A program made the position numbers and the translations under genes. Below the pieces are notes generated by a model. It had not been told where the DNA came from. It worked only from the letters and a program-made list of their open reading frames with translations, and ran no database searches. Below, piece by piece: positions 39,723 through 50,184 of a DNA stretch of 60,175 bases. The stretch's first letter is position 1, and every line of letters begins with the position of its first letter. This DNA comes from Cyanophyceae cyanobacterium (GTDB lineage Bacteria; Cyanobacteriota; Cyanobacteriia; Cyanobacteriales; Laspinemataceae), in contig JBBQFN010000033.1 in the NCBI GenBank assembly GCA_038321985.1, positions 1-60,175 of the forward strand. Reading direction: 5' to 3'.

Positions 39723-39837
39723 CCTTAACCCTTTCACACCTTCTCGTTTTAGAATAGGTGAATAAGCAAGGTGACTTCAATTTAGGAGTGGCATTTACTG
39801 AGTCCTTTTATAATTAACTCTAAGATCAACCGTAAAA

Positions 39838-40809
39838 ATGACCCAACCTAATATCTATTTTGTCTGCTACCCAGACACCAACGTACCCATTGGCGGTGTA
39901 AAAATGCTATATCGTCACGTCGATATTTTAAATAAAAATGGATTTTCGGCTTTTATCATGCATGATGATGAAGGCTTTCGATGCAATTGGTTTGAAAATC
40001 AGACTCAAATTGCCTATCTTCCGAATATTTCCCTCAAAAATAATGACTTTTTTGTAATGCCCGAAACCTGCACCCCAAAGAGTGGCAAATTGTTACCGGG
40101 TATCCACAAAGTAATTTATAATCAAGGATGTTATAATACCTTTAATGAATATTCCTTCGATAAACATCAACTAGAAACACCTTATTTATCTTCCGATATA
40201 GTAGCTGTTTTAGTCGCTTCTGAAAATAGTTTTAATTACTTAAAATATGTTTTTCCCGACTCTAGACTATTTCGGATTCATCATTCTATTGAGCCTGAAC
40301 TCTTTTACTATCAGCCGGTTAAGAAAAAACAAATTTGCTGGATGGACCGGAAAATGCAGCGGGATGCTCAACAAATTATTAATATTTTAAAATTTAGAAA
40401 CGCTTTAAATGGCTTTGAACTAATTCCTATTGAAAACAAGCCGCAACAAGAAGTTGCCCAAATTTTTCGAGACTCTTTAATGTTTTTAAGTTTTTGTTAT
40501 TCCGAGGGCTTTTCCTTGCCCCCAGCGGAAGCCATGGCTTGTGGGTGTTTAGCCGTCGGATATCATGGGTGGGGCGCGAAAGAATATTTTTTGCGTGATT
40601 TTTCTTTTCCCATAGAAAGTGGTGATATAATTGGATTTGCTCAAACTGTTGAACGGCTAATTGCCACTTATAATACTCAACCCCAGCTTTTAATGGAAAA
40701 GCATAAAAAAGCAGCGGATTTTATTAGAAAAACTTATTCCTCACAGCAAGAAGAACGGGATATTATCACGGCTTGGCAGAGTATTCTTAACCTAGACCGC
40801 AAAAAGTAA
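39838..40809 (+). CDS. GT-B glycosyltransferase (family 4-like)
   Basis: GGVKML N-terminal motif; EGFSLPPAEAMACG (E-x7-E). Confidence 0.85.
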   Translation: MTQPNIYFVCYPDTNVPIGGVKMLYRHVDILNKNGFSAFIMHDDEGFRCNWFENQTQIAYLPNISLKNNDFFVMPETCTPKSGKLLPGIHKVIYNQGCYNTFNEYSFDKHQLETPYLSSDIVAVLVASENSFNYLKYVFPDSRLFRIHHSIEPELFYYQPVKKKQICWMDRKMQRDAQQIINILKFRNALNGFELIPIENKPQQEVAQIFRDSLMFLSFCYSEGFSLPPAEAMACGCLAVGYHGWGAKEYFLRDFSFPIESGDIIGFAQTVERLIATYNTQPQLLMEKHKKAADFIRKTYSSQQEERDIITAWQSILNLDRKK

Positions 40810-41076
40810 CCAAAGGGCTAAATTGGTAATGCTCCTGTCTCCTTTGCAATTAACCGGAGGAATGAAGGGGCCAGAGTGCTACCCTTGATAGAAAGAAACT
40901 CTATAACCTACCTAAATCAGGCAGAGTTGGGGGGAGGATTTTCTAGGCCATTTCAAGTCCTAGTCAGCAATCCTTTAACATTACAAATTTTAGCAGTTTT
41001 TGCTACATTGATGTTCCGCTAATTAACCCCTCGGCAACTTTTTTATACAGCCTCATCATACCTAATTATTAAAAAA

Positions 41077-42114
41077 ATGAGCAATCGTTCTCGAAAAAAT
41101 TTATGGTCTCGATTAAATAATTATAAACTCTTACGGTACTTGTTGATCATCGCTCTATGTTGGGCGATCGCCCAAGTTTTAGCCTACTTTCAATCAGTTA
41201 TTGTCATATTTATTTTTGCGGCCATTTTAGCCTTCTTACTCAATTATCCGGTGAAATGGATTCAACGATTTGTTCCCCGGAGTGCTGCCGTTATTTTGAT
41301 ATTTTTAACCAGTCTCATCATACTAGGAGGACTCACTATCACCCTAGGGGTAGCAGTATTATCCCAAGGTCAGCAACTGATTGAACAATCTCCGGAACTC
41401 TTGCAAGGCATATTAGATGTATTAGACCACATCCAAGAAGTATTAGCTCGCCGGAATCTTCAATTAGACTTAACCGCCATTGAAGACCGTTTACGAGACG
41501 AAGCCTTAGCAGGAATTGGCGTCGGTTTAACCACCGTTCAAAAACTTTTATCTAATTTAGTAGACTTGATTTTAATTGCCGTAGTTGCCTTTTTCATGCT
41601 TATCGATGGAAAGCAAATTTGGGATTTATTTCTAAAACTATTCCCTGCTCATTTGCGAACTGACATTACTCGGTCTATTCAGAAAAACTTTCTAGGCTTT
41701 TTTTGGGGAAGGTTAATTTTATCAGTATTTTTTGCTGTCTCTTGCTTTATTGTGTTTGTTATTCTCGGCATTCCCTACCCTTTAATATTAGCAGCAGTCG
41801 GAGGATTTTTTGATTTAATTCCGGGAATTGGAGCAACTTTAGGAATTAGTTTAATTTCTTTAGTCTTGCTACCCCAAGGAATTTGGCTCAGTATCAAGGT
41901 GGTAGTGAGTTGTATTTTGCTCCAGCAAGTCGAAGAAAATTTGTTAATGCCCCGAATTATGAAGGATTCGGTTAATGTCAACCCTGTTATTATGTTTTTA
42001 GCTTTGTTAATAGGAGCCAAAATTGCCGGATTGCTGGGGATATTTTTAGCGATTCCAATTAGTGGAGTCCTGATTGGCTTAGGAGAAATTGATGAAATGA
42101 AGGGAGACGTGTAG
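41077..42114 (+). CDS. AI-2E (UPF0118) family transporter
   Basis: LAFLLNYPV, LIPGIGA, QQVEENLLMPRIM, GLLGIFLAIP. Confidence 0.92.
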   Translation: MSNRSRKNLWSRLNNYKLLRYLLIIALCWAIAQVLAYFQSVIVIFIFAAILAFLLNYPVKWIQRFVPRSAAVILIFLTSLIILGGLTITLGVAVLSQGQQLIEQSPELLQGILDVLDHIQEVLARRNLQLDLTAIEDRLRDEALAGIGVGLTTVQKLLSNLVDLILIAVVAFFMLIDGKQIWDLFLKLFPAHLRTDITRSIQKNFLGFFWGRLILSVFFAVSCFIVFVILGIPYPLILAAVGGFFDLIPGIGATLGISLISLVLLPQGIWLSIKVVVSCILLQQVEENLLMPRIMKDSVNVNPVIMFLALLIGAKIAGLLGIFLAIPISGVLIGLGEIDEMKGDV

Positions 42115-42183
42115 GCAACAAGTTTGGCAAAATGGGTAAGGGGAACTAAAGGTTAGAACAATCTCCGAAAATTAGCCAAAAAA

Positions 42184-42207
42184 TAACCGGGTTGGTCAGC
42201 CCGGTTA
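42184..42207 (-). terminator. Intrinsic terminator
   Basis: TAACCGGGTTG-GT-CAGCCCGGTTA preceded by an A-run (U-tract on the minus strand). Confidence 0.55.
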
Positions 42208-42326
42208 AAGATTAAAATAACTTCAATGATAAACTTTCCAGCCCTTATCTAGGGAGTCTAAATGAAGTGGGAAATTTCTCAAGGGAGTGCGTGATAACTA
42301 GCTGTACCAGATGAGTTCAGGAAACG

Positions 42327-43175
42327 CTATAACAGTGGACGGATTTTTTCGCGATAGGCTGCTTCATTTAAGCCCGTTCCTTGGTTGGCTTGATCCGGAG
42401 GAATCATTTGTTCGAGGGCAGTAATGCGATCGCGACTGGCGGGGTGGCTACTTAAAAACGTCGGCAAGCTAGATTTGCCAAGGAGTTTTTCAAAAAATTG
42501 GACCAAACCCCGAGGAGAATAACCTGTGTTTGTGAGGATAGCTAAAGCATCGCGATCGGCCTCATATTCATGTTGTCGGCTGCGCGGCAGACGCAGAGCT
42601 AATTCTACCCCCAGTTGTACAGCAATATTGCCATCCACACCGGCAGCCCCGGCTAGTCCTCTAGCGATGATAACCTCGCGCATTTGCCTAATCGAATGTT
42701 TGTTAACAATATGGCCGATTTCATGACCCATTACCCCGGCTATCTGAGCTTCATTATCTACCGCTTTGAGTAAGCCGGTAGTCACGTAAACAAACCCGCC
42801 CATTGTCGCAAAAGCATTGATGCTCTCATCATCCACAACCTGGAAGGTGTAGGGAAGATTTGGGCGATCGCTTTCTGCCACTAAGCGAGAACCCAACTCT
42901 TTCACGAAAGCATTAATTTGAGCATTGCGGTACAGTCTAAATTGGCTGCTGAGAATTTGTTGATTGATTTGCTGACCGAGTGCTACTTCCTGGGAATCAG
43001 ACATGGTAGTAAGCTGGATCACTTCCAGTCCCGGACCAATCAACCGCCGGAAATTAAAGGCTTCACTCGGATAAGACGAACTAACGACCAAGGCGATCGC
43101 CATCATCGCAGAAATTATCGGATAAATCCAACGACGATAAACCTGACGCGAAATCCAAGGGTAAGAGTTGAACAT
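42327..43175 (-). CDS. M48 family metallopeptidase
   Basis: INAFATMGG, HEIGH, SRQHEYEAD, LSSHP; N-terminal signal. Confidence 0.92.
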   Translation of the reverse strand: MFNSYPWISRQVYRRWIYPIISAMMAIALVVSSSYPSEAFNFRRLIGPGLEVIQLTTMSDSQEVALGQQINQQILSSQFRLYRNAQINAFVKELGSRLVAESDRPNLPYTFQVVDDESINAFATMGGFVYVTTGLLKAVDNEAQIAGVMGHEIGHIVNKHSIRQMREVIIARGLAGAAGVDGNIAVQLGVELALRLPRSRQHEYEADRDALAILTNTGYSPRGLVQFFEKLLGKSSLPTFLSSHPASRDRITALEQMIPPDQANQGTGLNEAAYREKIRPLL

Positions 43176-43942
43176 AAAAAAAGTGAAGAATGAGTTAACT
43201 AACAGAACTAATATCTAATCGAGCGAAATCTGATCAAACCGACACCTGAGCCGGTGTATTTATAGGAACCAATCCCCAGACCCCGGCTCTTCTTTACATC
43301 AGTTTAAAGCCAGATTTGGGATTACGGCTAAAAGAACATAAACTGCAAAATTATTAGGACTCTTTGGCAGTTCGCTCTAGGTGGATGCAGCCCACTCCAA
43401 CCTTTGAAGACCGCCTCTCTCCTCGGCCCTCGACGAATTTGCCCGCAGACAGGTTGCCATCTACAATCCTTCCGAGTCCTCCTCGGGGGTTTCTAAACAA
43501 CATCAAACTCCCGGAGTCATCCGGACTATTCCATCCATAAAATCCCTATAAACTGTACGACTCATCTTGCTTCAAAACGGGTCATCTTCAGCCTTGGAAT
43601 TTTATAACCGTCCCGATTCAAGCAATCTGGGGGACTGATATCAGGAAACAGTTAGGGTCAACCACTCTCTATCCGTAACGAAGAACCCCTCAATCCCTTC
43701 TTATCGAACCTCACGGTTCAACCTGTGAATAGCCGGACCTTCGAGAGTGATTTCTATCTACGGCTGTAGAAAAATTTTGAGCAATCCTGCATACCACTCT
43801 AACTCCTGTGATAATCTGACAGCAGATATCCACCTACCCCCATCTTTTCTGGGGTGGATTCGGAGGGCGGTCTCAAACCATTGAAAAGGGAAGATAGTTC
43901 AGCCCTCAGTTGTGTCGCGCTAAAGTAGGACGACTTGATTTT

Positions 43943-44473
43943 ATGAAGATTTTGGATCGCCAAGGCCGCTTATTTGGCAAAATCAGCATTCTTGACCTGG
44001 GTGCTGCCTTGGTCATTCTCCTGGTTGTCATCGGCATCTTTTTCTTTCCCGGTACTTCGGGTTCCGTAGCCCAAATTGGTGGTGTGACCACAAAACCTGT
44101 AGAGGTTGATGTAATTGTCCGGGGACTGAGCGTGGGGGACCCCAATGCTCTAGTGAAGGAATTTCAAGACCAGGGCAAAACCAATATTATTATCCGCAAT
44201 CAGCCCTATGGTCAGGTGGACATCAAATCGGTAGAACTCTTAACGAGAACCCTAGCGGTTCCCCAACCCGATGGTTCAGTCAAGGCATTACCCGACCCGA
44301 GACAGGAGGAATCTTTTAGCTCTAATTTGCTGATGACTTTGGGAGGAAATGCCAGAATTACCGATGATGGTCCAGTTCTGGGAAATAGCAAACTCAAAAT
44401 AGGCACCCCGGTAGAACTTGAAGGCAAAACCTATAACTTTAATGCCAGCGTGATTGATGTGCGAGTTCAATAA
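43943..44473 (+). CDS. DUF4330 family protein
   Basis: LDRQGRLFGKISILD, TM helix, IIRNQPYG, KIGTPVELEG. Confidence 0.85.
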   Translation: MKILDRQGRLFGKISILDLGAALVILLVVIGIFFFPGTSGSVAQIGGVTTKPVEVDVIVRGLSVGDPNALVKEFQDQGKTNIIIRNQPYGQVDIKSVELLTRTLAVPQPDGSVKALPDPRQEESFSSNLLMTLGGNARITDDGPVLGNSKLKIGTPVELEGKTYNFNASVIDVRVQ

Positions 44474-44518
44474 GGGCTAGTCGCATCCATTAGACATCCA
44501 TTAGAACGGTGACAACAC

Positions 44519-44549
44519 AGAAGCCATTTGCTTGATGCAAATGGCTTCT
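44519..44549. terminator. Terminator hairpin between convergent genes
   Basis: AGAAGCCATTTGC-TTGAT-GCAAATGGCTTCT, 13-bp stem. Confidence 0.7.
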
Positions 44550-44593
44550 TCCCGTTTTAAGTGAGCAAAGTGTCTTTTCCCCCATTGGGGATG

Positions 44594-45532
44594 CTAAGAA
44601 GATTCAGCAGGGGATGCCGGCGATCGCCCGTTCAGTTCCAGCATAAATCTACGGATCAGCCCGATGGTGACTGCCGGAACTTCTAGTTGGGGGGTTAATC
44701 CCACATTTTCAAGCTGGATGAACTCCCGAATTGCCTCGGGATTGAGACTGGCGAGGCGCTTACCCAGTTCGGGTCCAGTAAATTGGGTCTGGCGTCCCCA
44801 AATAAACGCTGTCGGGGTGGTGAGTTGAGGGATATCCCTAGATAAATCAAAGCACAGGTCCCCCCGCACGAAAGAAAGGGCTGCATATTCCGCATTGGGT
44901 TCTAAGGCCGATCGCTGATATGCCTCTACGATTTCTGGATAAATTAAGTCCGGATTGGCAAATTGTCGGTTTTCTAAAAAGCCCCGAATTCCAACCGCTG
45001 TGGCGACTCCGGTACGATACAAAAATTGATCCAGGAAGGGGGTTTTAACCAGTTGGGCAAAAAAGCTGTTGGTGTAATCTACCCCAAAATCCGAGAGTCC
45101 CGAAGGGGTAGTTAAAATTAGGCTTTGGAAGAATTCAGGATGGGCGACTGCTACTTGAATGGTAAAGGCAGCAGTCAGGGAAGAGGCGATCGCCACCACA
45201 GGTTCGGGACAAGTCTGCTCTATAAACTCAGTTAGGGTACTCAGATAATCTTGAATTTGATACTGGCGTTCTGGATGTTCCGAACGTCCCCATCCGATTA
45301 AATCCGGTGCCAGAATCCGGTATTCCCGGGCAAATGCGGGATAAACTTTCGACCATTCATAAGCCGAGGACCCCCCTCCAAATCCGTGCAGAAAAAGTAA
45401 GGTGGGTTGGGTGGGGCGATCGCCAGTTTCAGAGGCTCTACCCTGCCAAAATTCCGGACGGTTAGTATAGTAAACCATCCGACCTAGAGAAGTCACGATC
45501 GAATCCTGGTCAAAACCGGGGGGTATAAACAT
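44594..45532 (-). CDS. Alpha/beta-hydrolase fold protein
   Basis: FLHGFGGG, APDLIGWGRS, IASSLT elbow. Confidence 0.88.
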   Translation of the reverse strand: MFIPPGFDQDSIVTSLGRMVYYTNRPEFWQGRASETGDRPTQPTLLFLHGFGGGSSAYEWSKVYPAFAREYRILAPDLIGWGRSEHPERQYQIQDYLSTLTEFIEQTCPEPVVAIASSLTAAFTIQVAVAHPEFFQSLILTTPSGLSDFGVDYTNSFFAQLVKTPFLDQFLYRTGVATAVGIRGFLENRQFANPDLIYPEIVEAYQRSALEPNAEYAALSFVRGDLCFDLSRDIPQLTTPTAFIWGRQTQFTGPELGKRLASLNPEAIREFIQLENVGLTPQLEVPAVTIGLIRRFMLELNGRSPASPAESS

Positions 45533-46213
45533 CTATTCACCTCCTCCTATCGAGATTATTATTTGAGAATAGGGACCCTACCTTGTTCGCCCTCTCCTGG
45601 CTCATTTGTCTGGGAACGGCTTGCAAATGCAAAGGATTTATCAAGCGTAATCTAATTTTATAAAGTTTCCATAAACCTCTGGGGGAGTCCGACTGGGCTA
45701 TATCCAGTTCAAAGCCTTATTCCGTAAGGATTAGAGCCAGTTTTCCTTCAAAAGAGGATGAAAAGCATCCGATCGCTCAAAGTGGACGCGATCAGAGATA
45801 ATTGCCAGTGTGGGGTATCACCCCTCATGCTAGGATTCGTCCGTGACCTCATCTTCATGAATATGCGGGATCCGGCTATAAAGACAAGCCTCATGTCGGG
45901 TGTGGTTTGGGTAACTGCGATCGGTTTGCCTAATTCCGGTTAATTTTTTCCCGAAAGAATATTTCTGGGGTGAACATCTTTACCAACAGGCCGAATTCCG
46001 TAACTGGAAAACCCTAGGTTGTAATCAGACTGGTGATGAAGTCCCCTGAGGAGTGATGCGAGAGGATCATCTCAGCGGGTCGATTCACAGAGTTACGATT
46101 TCTTGATTTCGTAAGCCGATCGCCTTAGAAACCATTGCGATCGCCCCCTACGAGATCGAACAGTTAAGGGTTGATCATGATTTGCCAGAGGAAACTTTAA
46201 GAGGGACCGAGAT

Positions 46214-46813
46214 ATGCGTCAACGTGCAGTGATGGTAAAGCAATTTAATCCCTATAGCAGTGATTTTCCAAAAAAGAAGAAACCTGAATCGGCGATCGAG
46301 TTGAATCAAGTTCCCCCCTTGACCTCGTTTACAGATGCTGTGGACTTAGGAACCGTCGAATTAAGTTTAGTTAAACCCCAAATCGGAGCGATTAGCTTAG
46401 ATTTAGAAACCTTAAATTGTTTTGAAGTCCTAGAACGACAATTTGAGAGTCAGGGGGTAATTTTCAACAATGCGATCGCCTTAGCCCCTTCTAACCCGGC
46501 TTTTCCCAGCAAATCAGGCCGCATCATCATCATGGCTGCACCCAAAAGTGGGGTGATCGACGTCTTTTTTCTCAAACCTGTTCACATTGTAAATAGTCTC
46601 GTTACCAGTTCCCGGCGCACCGTTCTTTCCGCTTACAACCAACAAGACGAGCAGATTGCCCAAGTTGAAACCCTTGGACCTAATTTAGCCGGTTCCCCCT
46701 CTTTAGTCCCCCCGAATGCTGACCTCAGCTTAAACATTCCTAACATTCATCGGGTCACTTTTTATGCCTTTGATGGTCATCTGACTTTGGCTGAATTTCG
46801 GTTTGGTGCTTAG
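46214..46813 (+). CDS. Hypothetical protein
   Basis: 199-aa ORF with RBS-like GAGGGA; no family recognised. Confidence 0.7.
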   Translation: MRQRAVMVKQFNPYSSDFPKKKKPESAIELNQVPPLTSFTDAVDLGTVELSLVKPQIGAISLDLETLNCFEVLERQFESQGVIFNNAIALAPSNPAFPSKSGRIIIMAAPKSGVIDVFFLKPVHIVNSLVTSSRRTVLSAYNQQDEQIAQVETLGPNLAGSPSLVPPNADLSLNIPNIHRVTFYAFDGHLTLAEFRFGA

Positions 46814-47250
46814 GGGAATAGGATAAATTAGGGGGATTGGGTAAATGGAAATTGAAATCTTAATTTCAGGTTTATAGTTTCTGGATAAAAGTAATCATAA
46901 TTTTGCTTTTTATTTATAAAAATATTAGTAAAATAATAGCTTTTACTTTTATTTGCACCCAGAAAATCCCAGGTCTTCCGATAAAATGAAATAGGTTTAC
47001 CACTCCTTAAGTGAACTGTAAATTTGATTTAAAAATTTTCAATACAAAAATCCTCACCTGTTCAGGGGAGGGCTAAAAGTGCACAGTTGTGCCGATGGGG
47101 GCTAAGAAAACAAGACTTAGGGGACCCAGATTCGGTATGACCGATGCCCCCATCCACCTAATCTCCCCCCAGAGATATTCCCAGAAATGCCATCGGATTG
47201 TAAACTATATCCATCTTGTTTCTGTGACTCAGACGAACTAGGTAAAAAAC

Positions 47251-48036
47251 GTGGCAAAGGGGTTCTCGCAGTGGCAACAACGGGTCAACGGGTTATGGGG
47301 GGGATACCCTCTTCTCAAGCAGCGCTTCGTTGACAAAACTCGCTCACCGATCCGAATCCGCTTAAACAGCACTTGGCTGTTGGGGGGAACGGTGACGATC
47401 GCCTTGCTGATTTGGAACTGGAAACTATTCGTCGCAACAGGTGCCGGGGTGTTGGTGATGTTGGCGAGTTATATGCTTCAAGGATGGGATTGGCATCAGT
47501 TGCGATCGCGATTAAATCAGTCTCTTGTCGGTGCTAACCGTCAAGTGGCGATCGCGGTGGGGACCGGAGGACTTGCCACTTTGGGGAGTTATATGGCAGT
47601 CTCTGTCTGGATAGAATCCCCGAGTCCCTGGTTCGCAACGGCGGTGATCGCTCAGGGAATGATGACGTTAGGGATTTTAATTCTACTGGTATGGCAAGGG
47701 CTGAACCGCCAAGTCACTTCTGAGGCAACTCATCTCAACGCAGGGGTGATGAATTTGACCGATTCAGACCCCCTCAAGCGTCTAATTGCAGTCCGCCAGA
47801 TTACTAAATCCCTCCCCATCACCCCGATTTCTGAACGGCGGGCGATCGCCGACTATTTTCGCCTAATGTTGACCCGGGAAACTGAACCCCTGGTGCGGGA
47901 TGCAGTTCTGGATGGACTCCAAGCGGTTGATCCGAGTAAACAGCTTGGGGTGGGAATGGAACCTCTAGCGGTCCCTCCATTGAAAAAGCGCACTCCGGTT
48001 AAAGTACGCCCTCGCGTTTATGAATATAACGACTGA
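47251..48036 (+). CDS. Hypothetical membrane protein with a HEAT-like C-terminus
   Basis: 3-4 TM segments, then DPLKRLIAVRQ...E.EPLVRDAVLDGL. Confidence 0.75.
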   Translation: MAKGFSQWQQRVNGLWGGYPLLKQRFVDKTRSPIRIRLNSTWLLGGTVTIALLIWNWKLFVATGAGVLVMLASYMLQGWDWHQLRSRLNQSLVGANRQVAIAVGTGGLATLGSYMAVSVWIESPSPWFATAVIAQGMMTLGILILLVWQGLNRQVTSEATHLNAGVMNLTDSDPLKRLIAVRQITKSLPITPISERRAIADYFRLMLTRETEPLVRDAVLDGLQAVDPSKQLGVGMEPLAVPPLKKRTPVKVRPRVYEYND

Positions 48037-48052
48037 AGTCGTTACTACGAAC
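48028..48052 (-). repeat. REP-like unit GTTCGTAGTAACGACTTCAGTCGTT
   Basis: Plus strand AACGACTGAAGTCGTTACTACGAAC; one mismatch to 17674-17698. Confidence 0.8.
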
Positions 48053-48103
48053 TAAAAGGGAACAAATAACGGTTGTTGCTGTCCCAAATTGTCCCAAACC
48101 GCA

Positions 48104-49354
48104 TTAAGTGTTGATGGGTAAAACTTGTATGGGGTCACCCGGGGGAATGGTGGGGACTCCTACGGGAATCACGGCTAGGGCAGTGGTTTGGGCAAGATTA
48201 ATTAAATTCCCTGAACTGTGACTGCCGCCTGCGAGTTCAAATTGGTAAATACCATCGATGCAGGAGATTTTACCCCAAAGATAGATTTCCCGGGGTCCCC
48301 CTCCTCGTAATTCTTGGTGCGATCGCGCCGTTAAAAACTGGGGTTCCCATCCACTCGTTAACCCGGCCAATTTTCGCATCGCGGGTTGTACAAAGCGCCA
48401 AAAGGTCACTAAGGCGGAAACGGGATTTCCAGGCAAACCAAAATATAAGACTGAGGCGGTGGACTCTTCCCGAGGGAAAGTGGCAACCGTTAAGGGTTTA
48501 CCCGGTCTAATCCCCACGGTTTTGATGTGGATTTTGCCGCCTAATTGGGTCAGAATTTGTTCAACATAGTCATAGTCGCCGACGGAGACGCCGCCTGTCG
48601 AGAGGACGATATCGGCAGACTGTAAGGACTGGGAGATCGCCTCTTTGAGCGCCTCAGGTTGATCCGGGACAATTCCCATCAGCCGGGGTTCTCCTCCAGC
48701 AGCACTGACAGCCGCAGCTAAAGCATACTGATTGGAGTCTACCAGTTGTCCGGGTTGCAACGGCTGCTCGGGAGCTACTAACTCGTCTCCGGTGGATAAG
48801 ATTGCCACTTGGCAACGGCGATAAACCGGCACTTGGGTGATCTGTGCAGCGGCGAGAACGGCAATATCCGGGGCACTCAGGGGGATTCCTCCGGGGAGCA
48901 GAGGGGTTCCGGATTGGTAAAATGAACCTTGAGAGCGCACCCACTCTTGGCGCTGCGAAGGGGCGCAAAAAATGTCTACTTGATTGCCATTGCGTTGGGT
49001 ATCTTCCTGAATCGTCACCGTATCCGCACCCGGTGGCATCATGGATCCGGTAAAAATTCGGGCCGCTTGTCCGGGGTTAATGGTCTTCTGCGGGGGTTTC
49101 CCGGCGGGAATTTCTTCTATGATTTCTAACCGAACGGGGCGATCGCCACTACAATCGGCTACATCTTCATAGCGCACTGCATATCCATCCATTGCGGAGT
49201 TATCCCAGTGGGGAAAATCTAAGGTTCCCACAATGGATTCTGCTAATATTCGCCCACTGGCAGATAATAGGCCAACCTGTTCTCGATCCCGAATCGGATC
49301 CAGCGGTTGCACTAACTCTAAGATGATCCCTTCTGCTTGTTTAACCGGCAACAT
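48104..49354 (-). CDS. moeA: Molybdopterin molybdenumtransferase
   Basis: SAMDGYAV, RIFTG, STGDEL, TGGVSVGDYD, PGKP, GLPGNPVS. Confidence 0.96.
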   Translation of the reverse strand: MLPVKQAEGIILELVQPLDPIRDREQVGLLSASGRILAESIVGTLDFPHWDNSAMDGYAVRYEDVADCSGDRPVRLEIIEEIPAGKPPQKTINPGQAARIFTGSMMPPGADTVTIQEDTQRNGNQVDIFCAPSQRQEWVRSQGSFYQSGTPLLPGGIPLSAPDIAVLAAAQITQVPVYRRCQVAILSTGDELVAPEQPLQPGQLVDSNQYALAAAVSAAGGEPRLMGIVPDQPEALKEAISQSLQSADIVLSTGGVSVGDYDYVEQILTQLGGKIHIKTVGIRPGKPLTVATFPREESTASVLYFGLPGNPVSALVTFWRFVQPAMRKLAGLTSGWEPQFLTARSHQELRGGGPREIYLWGKISCIDGIYQFELAGGSHSSGNLINLAQTTALAVIPVGVPTIPPGDPIQVLPINT

Positions 49355-49527
49355 GGATAATCAATGACCCATTAGAACTAATGAAGTCAGTTTATCTGGT
49401 ATTGGTGCTAGATGCCTCTAGAGGCGATCGCTCGGGAGGGGAAACTTGAATTAAGAATTAATGGTTAAGCATTAACAATTCTTAATTATTTAACGATCAA
49501 TTCTCAATTCCTAGGTTTCACGCTCTC

Positions 49528-49773
49528 TTACTCTGGCGGCACCGGGGGGGTCCCAATTCCCAACTCCTTCTTAGATTTTTTAAGCTGTTTCCAGAGTCCC
49601 TTAATATCTTCGTATGCTTGTTCCGGTGAGATTTTGCCCCCGGTTTCCAAACCACAGATGTAGTTCACCTTTTGAGCAAATTCCTGTAAATTCGCATCAA
49701 AAGCTAAGTTCTCAGGGGAAAACTTACCGTAGTAGCGACTGCGCGGGTAAAGAAAATGCGATTTGTCTGTCAT
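49528..49773 (-). CDS. Conserved small cyanobacterial protein of unknown function
   Basis: FLYPRSRYYGKFSPENLAFDANLQEFAQKV..IC.LETGGKISP. Confidence 0.8.
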   Translation of the reverse strand: MTDKSHFLYPRSRYYGKFSPENLAFDANLQEFAQKVNYICGLETGGKISPEQAYEDIKGLWKQLKKSKKELGIGTPPVPPE

Positions 49774-50184
49774 AGCTTCCTCCGGAATCAACAATCAGCA
49801 GCTTTGACCCAAGCGGATCCAGGTGGATGCCCTTCTGCGCTGTTGGTCATGGGTTATCGGGGGATGGAGGTCCAGACCTCTGGCTCCCTCTCAACCTGTT
49901 TATTTTTTAAACTACATCCTTTAACCTATTCTTAATCTTAGAAAAACTCAACGTCAACGTCCTTGATCCACAATTTTGATGTCAGAAATCACAAAACGGG
50001 GCAGGAAAACCCGACTAGGGGATGGGTGAACCAGAAATCTTCCTGTGAGATCAACCAAAGCGATCTAACCTAGAGATTAAACTTCTTGCATAATTTTAAT
50101 CAATTCGGGGGGTTTGCCCCGGTGAGGGCCCCGGTTGGGGGTTCCACAATTCTGCAAAAGGTCTAATCACGGGAGGAACGAGCA

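Noticed and set aside
46047..46076. Hammerhead ribozyme core (CTGAGGA)
   Set aside because: The required GAAA after stem II is missing.
49355..50184. Moco or cobalamin riboswitch near moeA and cobO
   Set aside because: No B12 box or Moco consensus seen.
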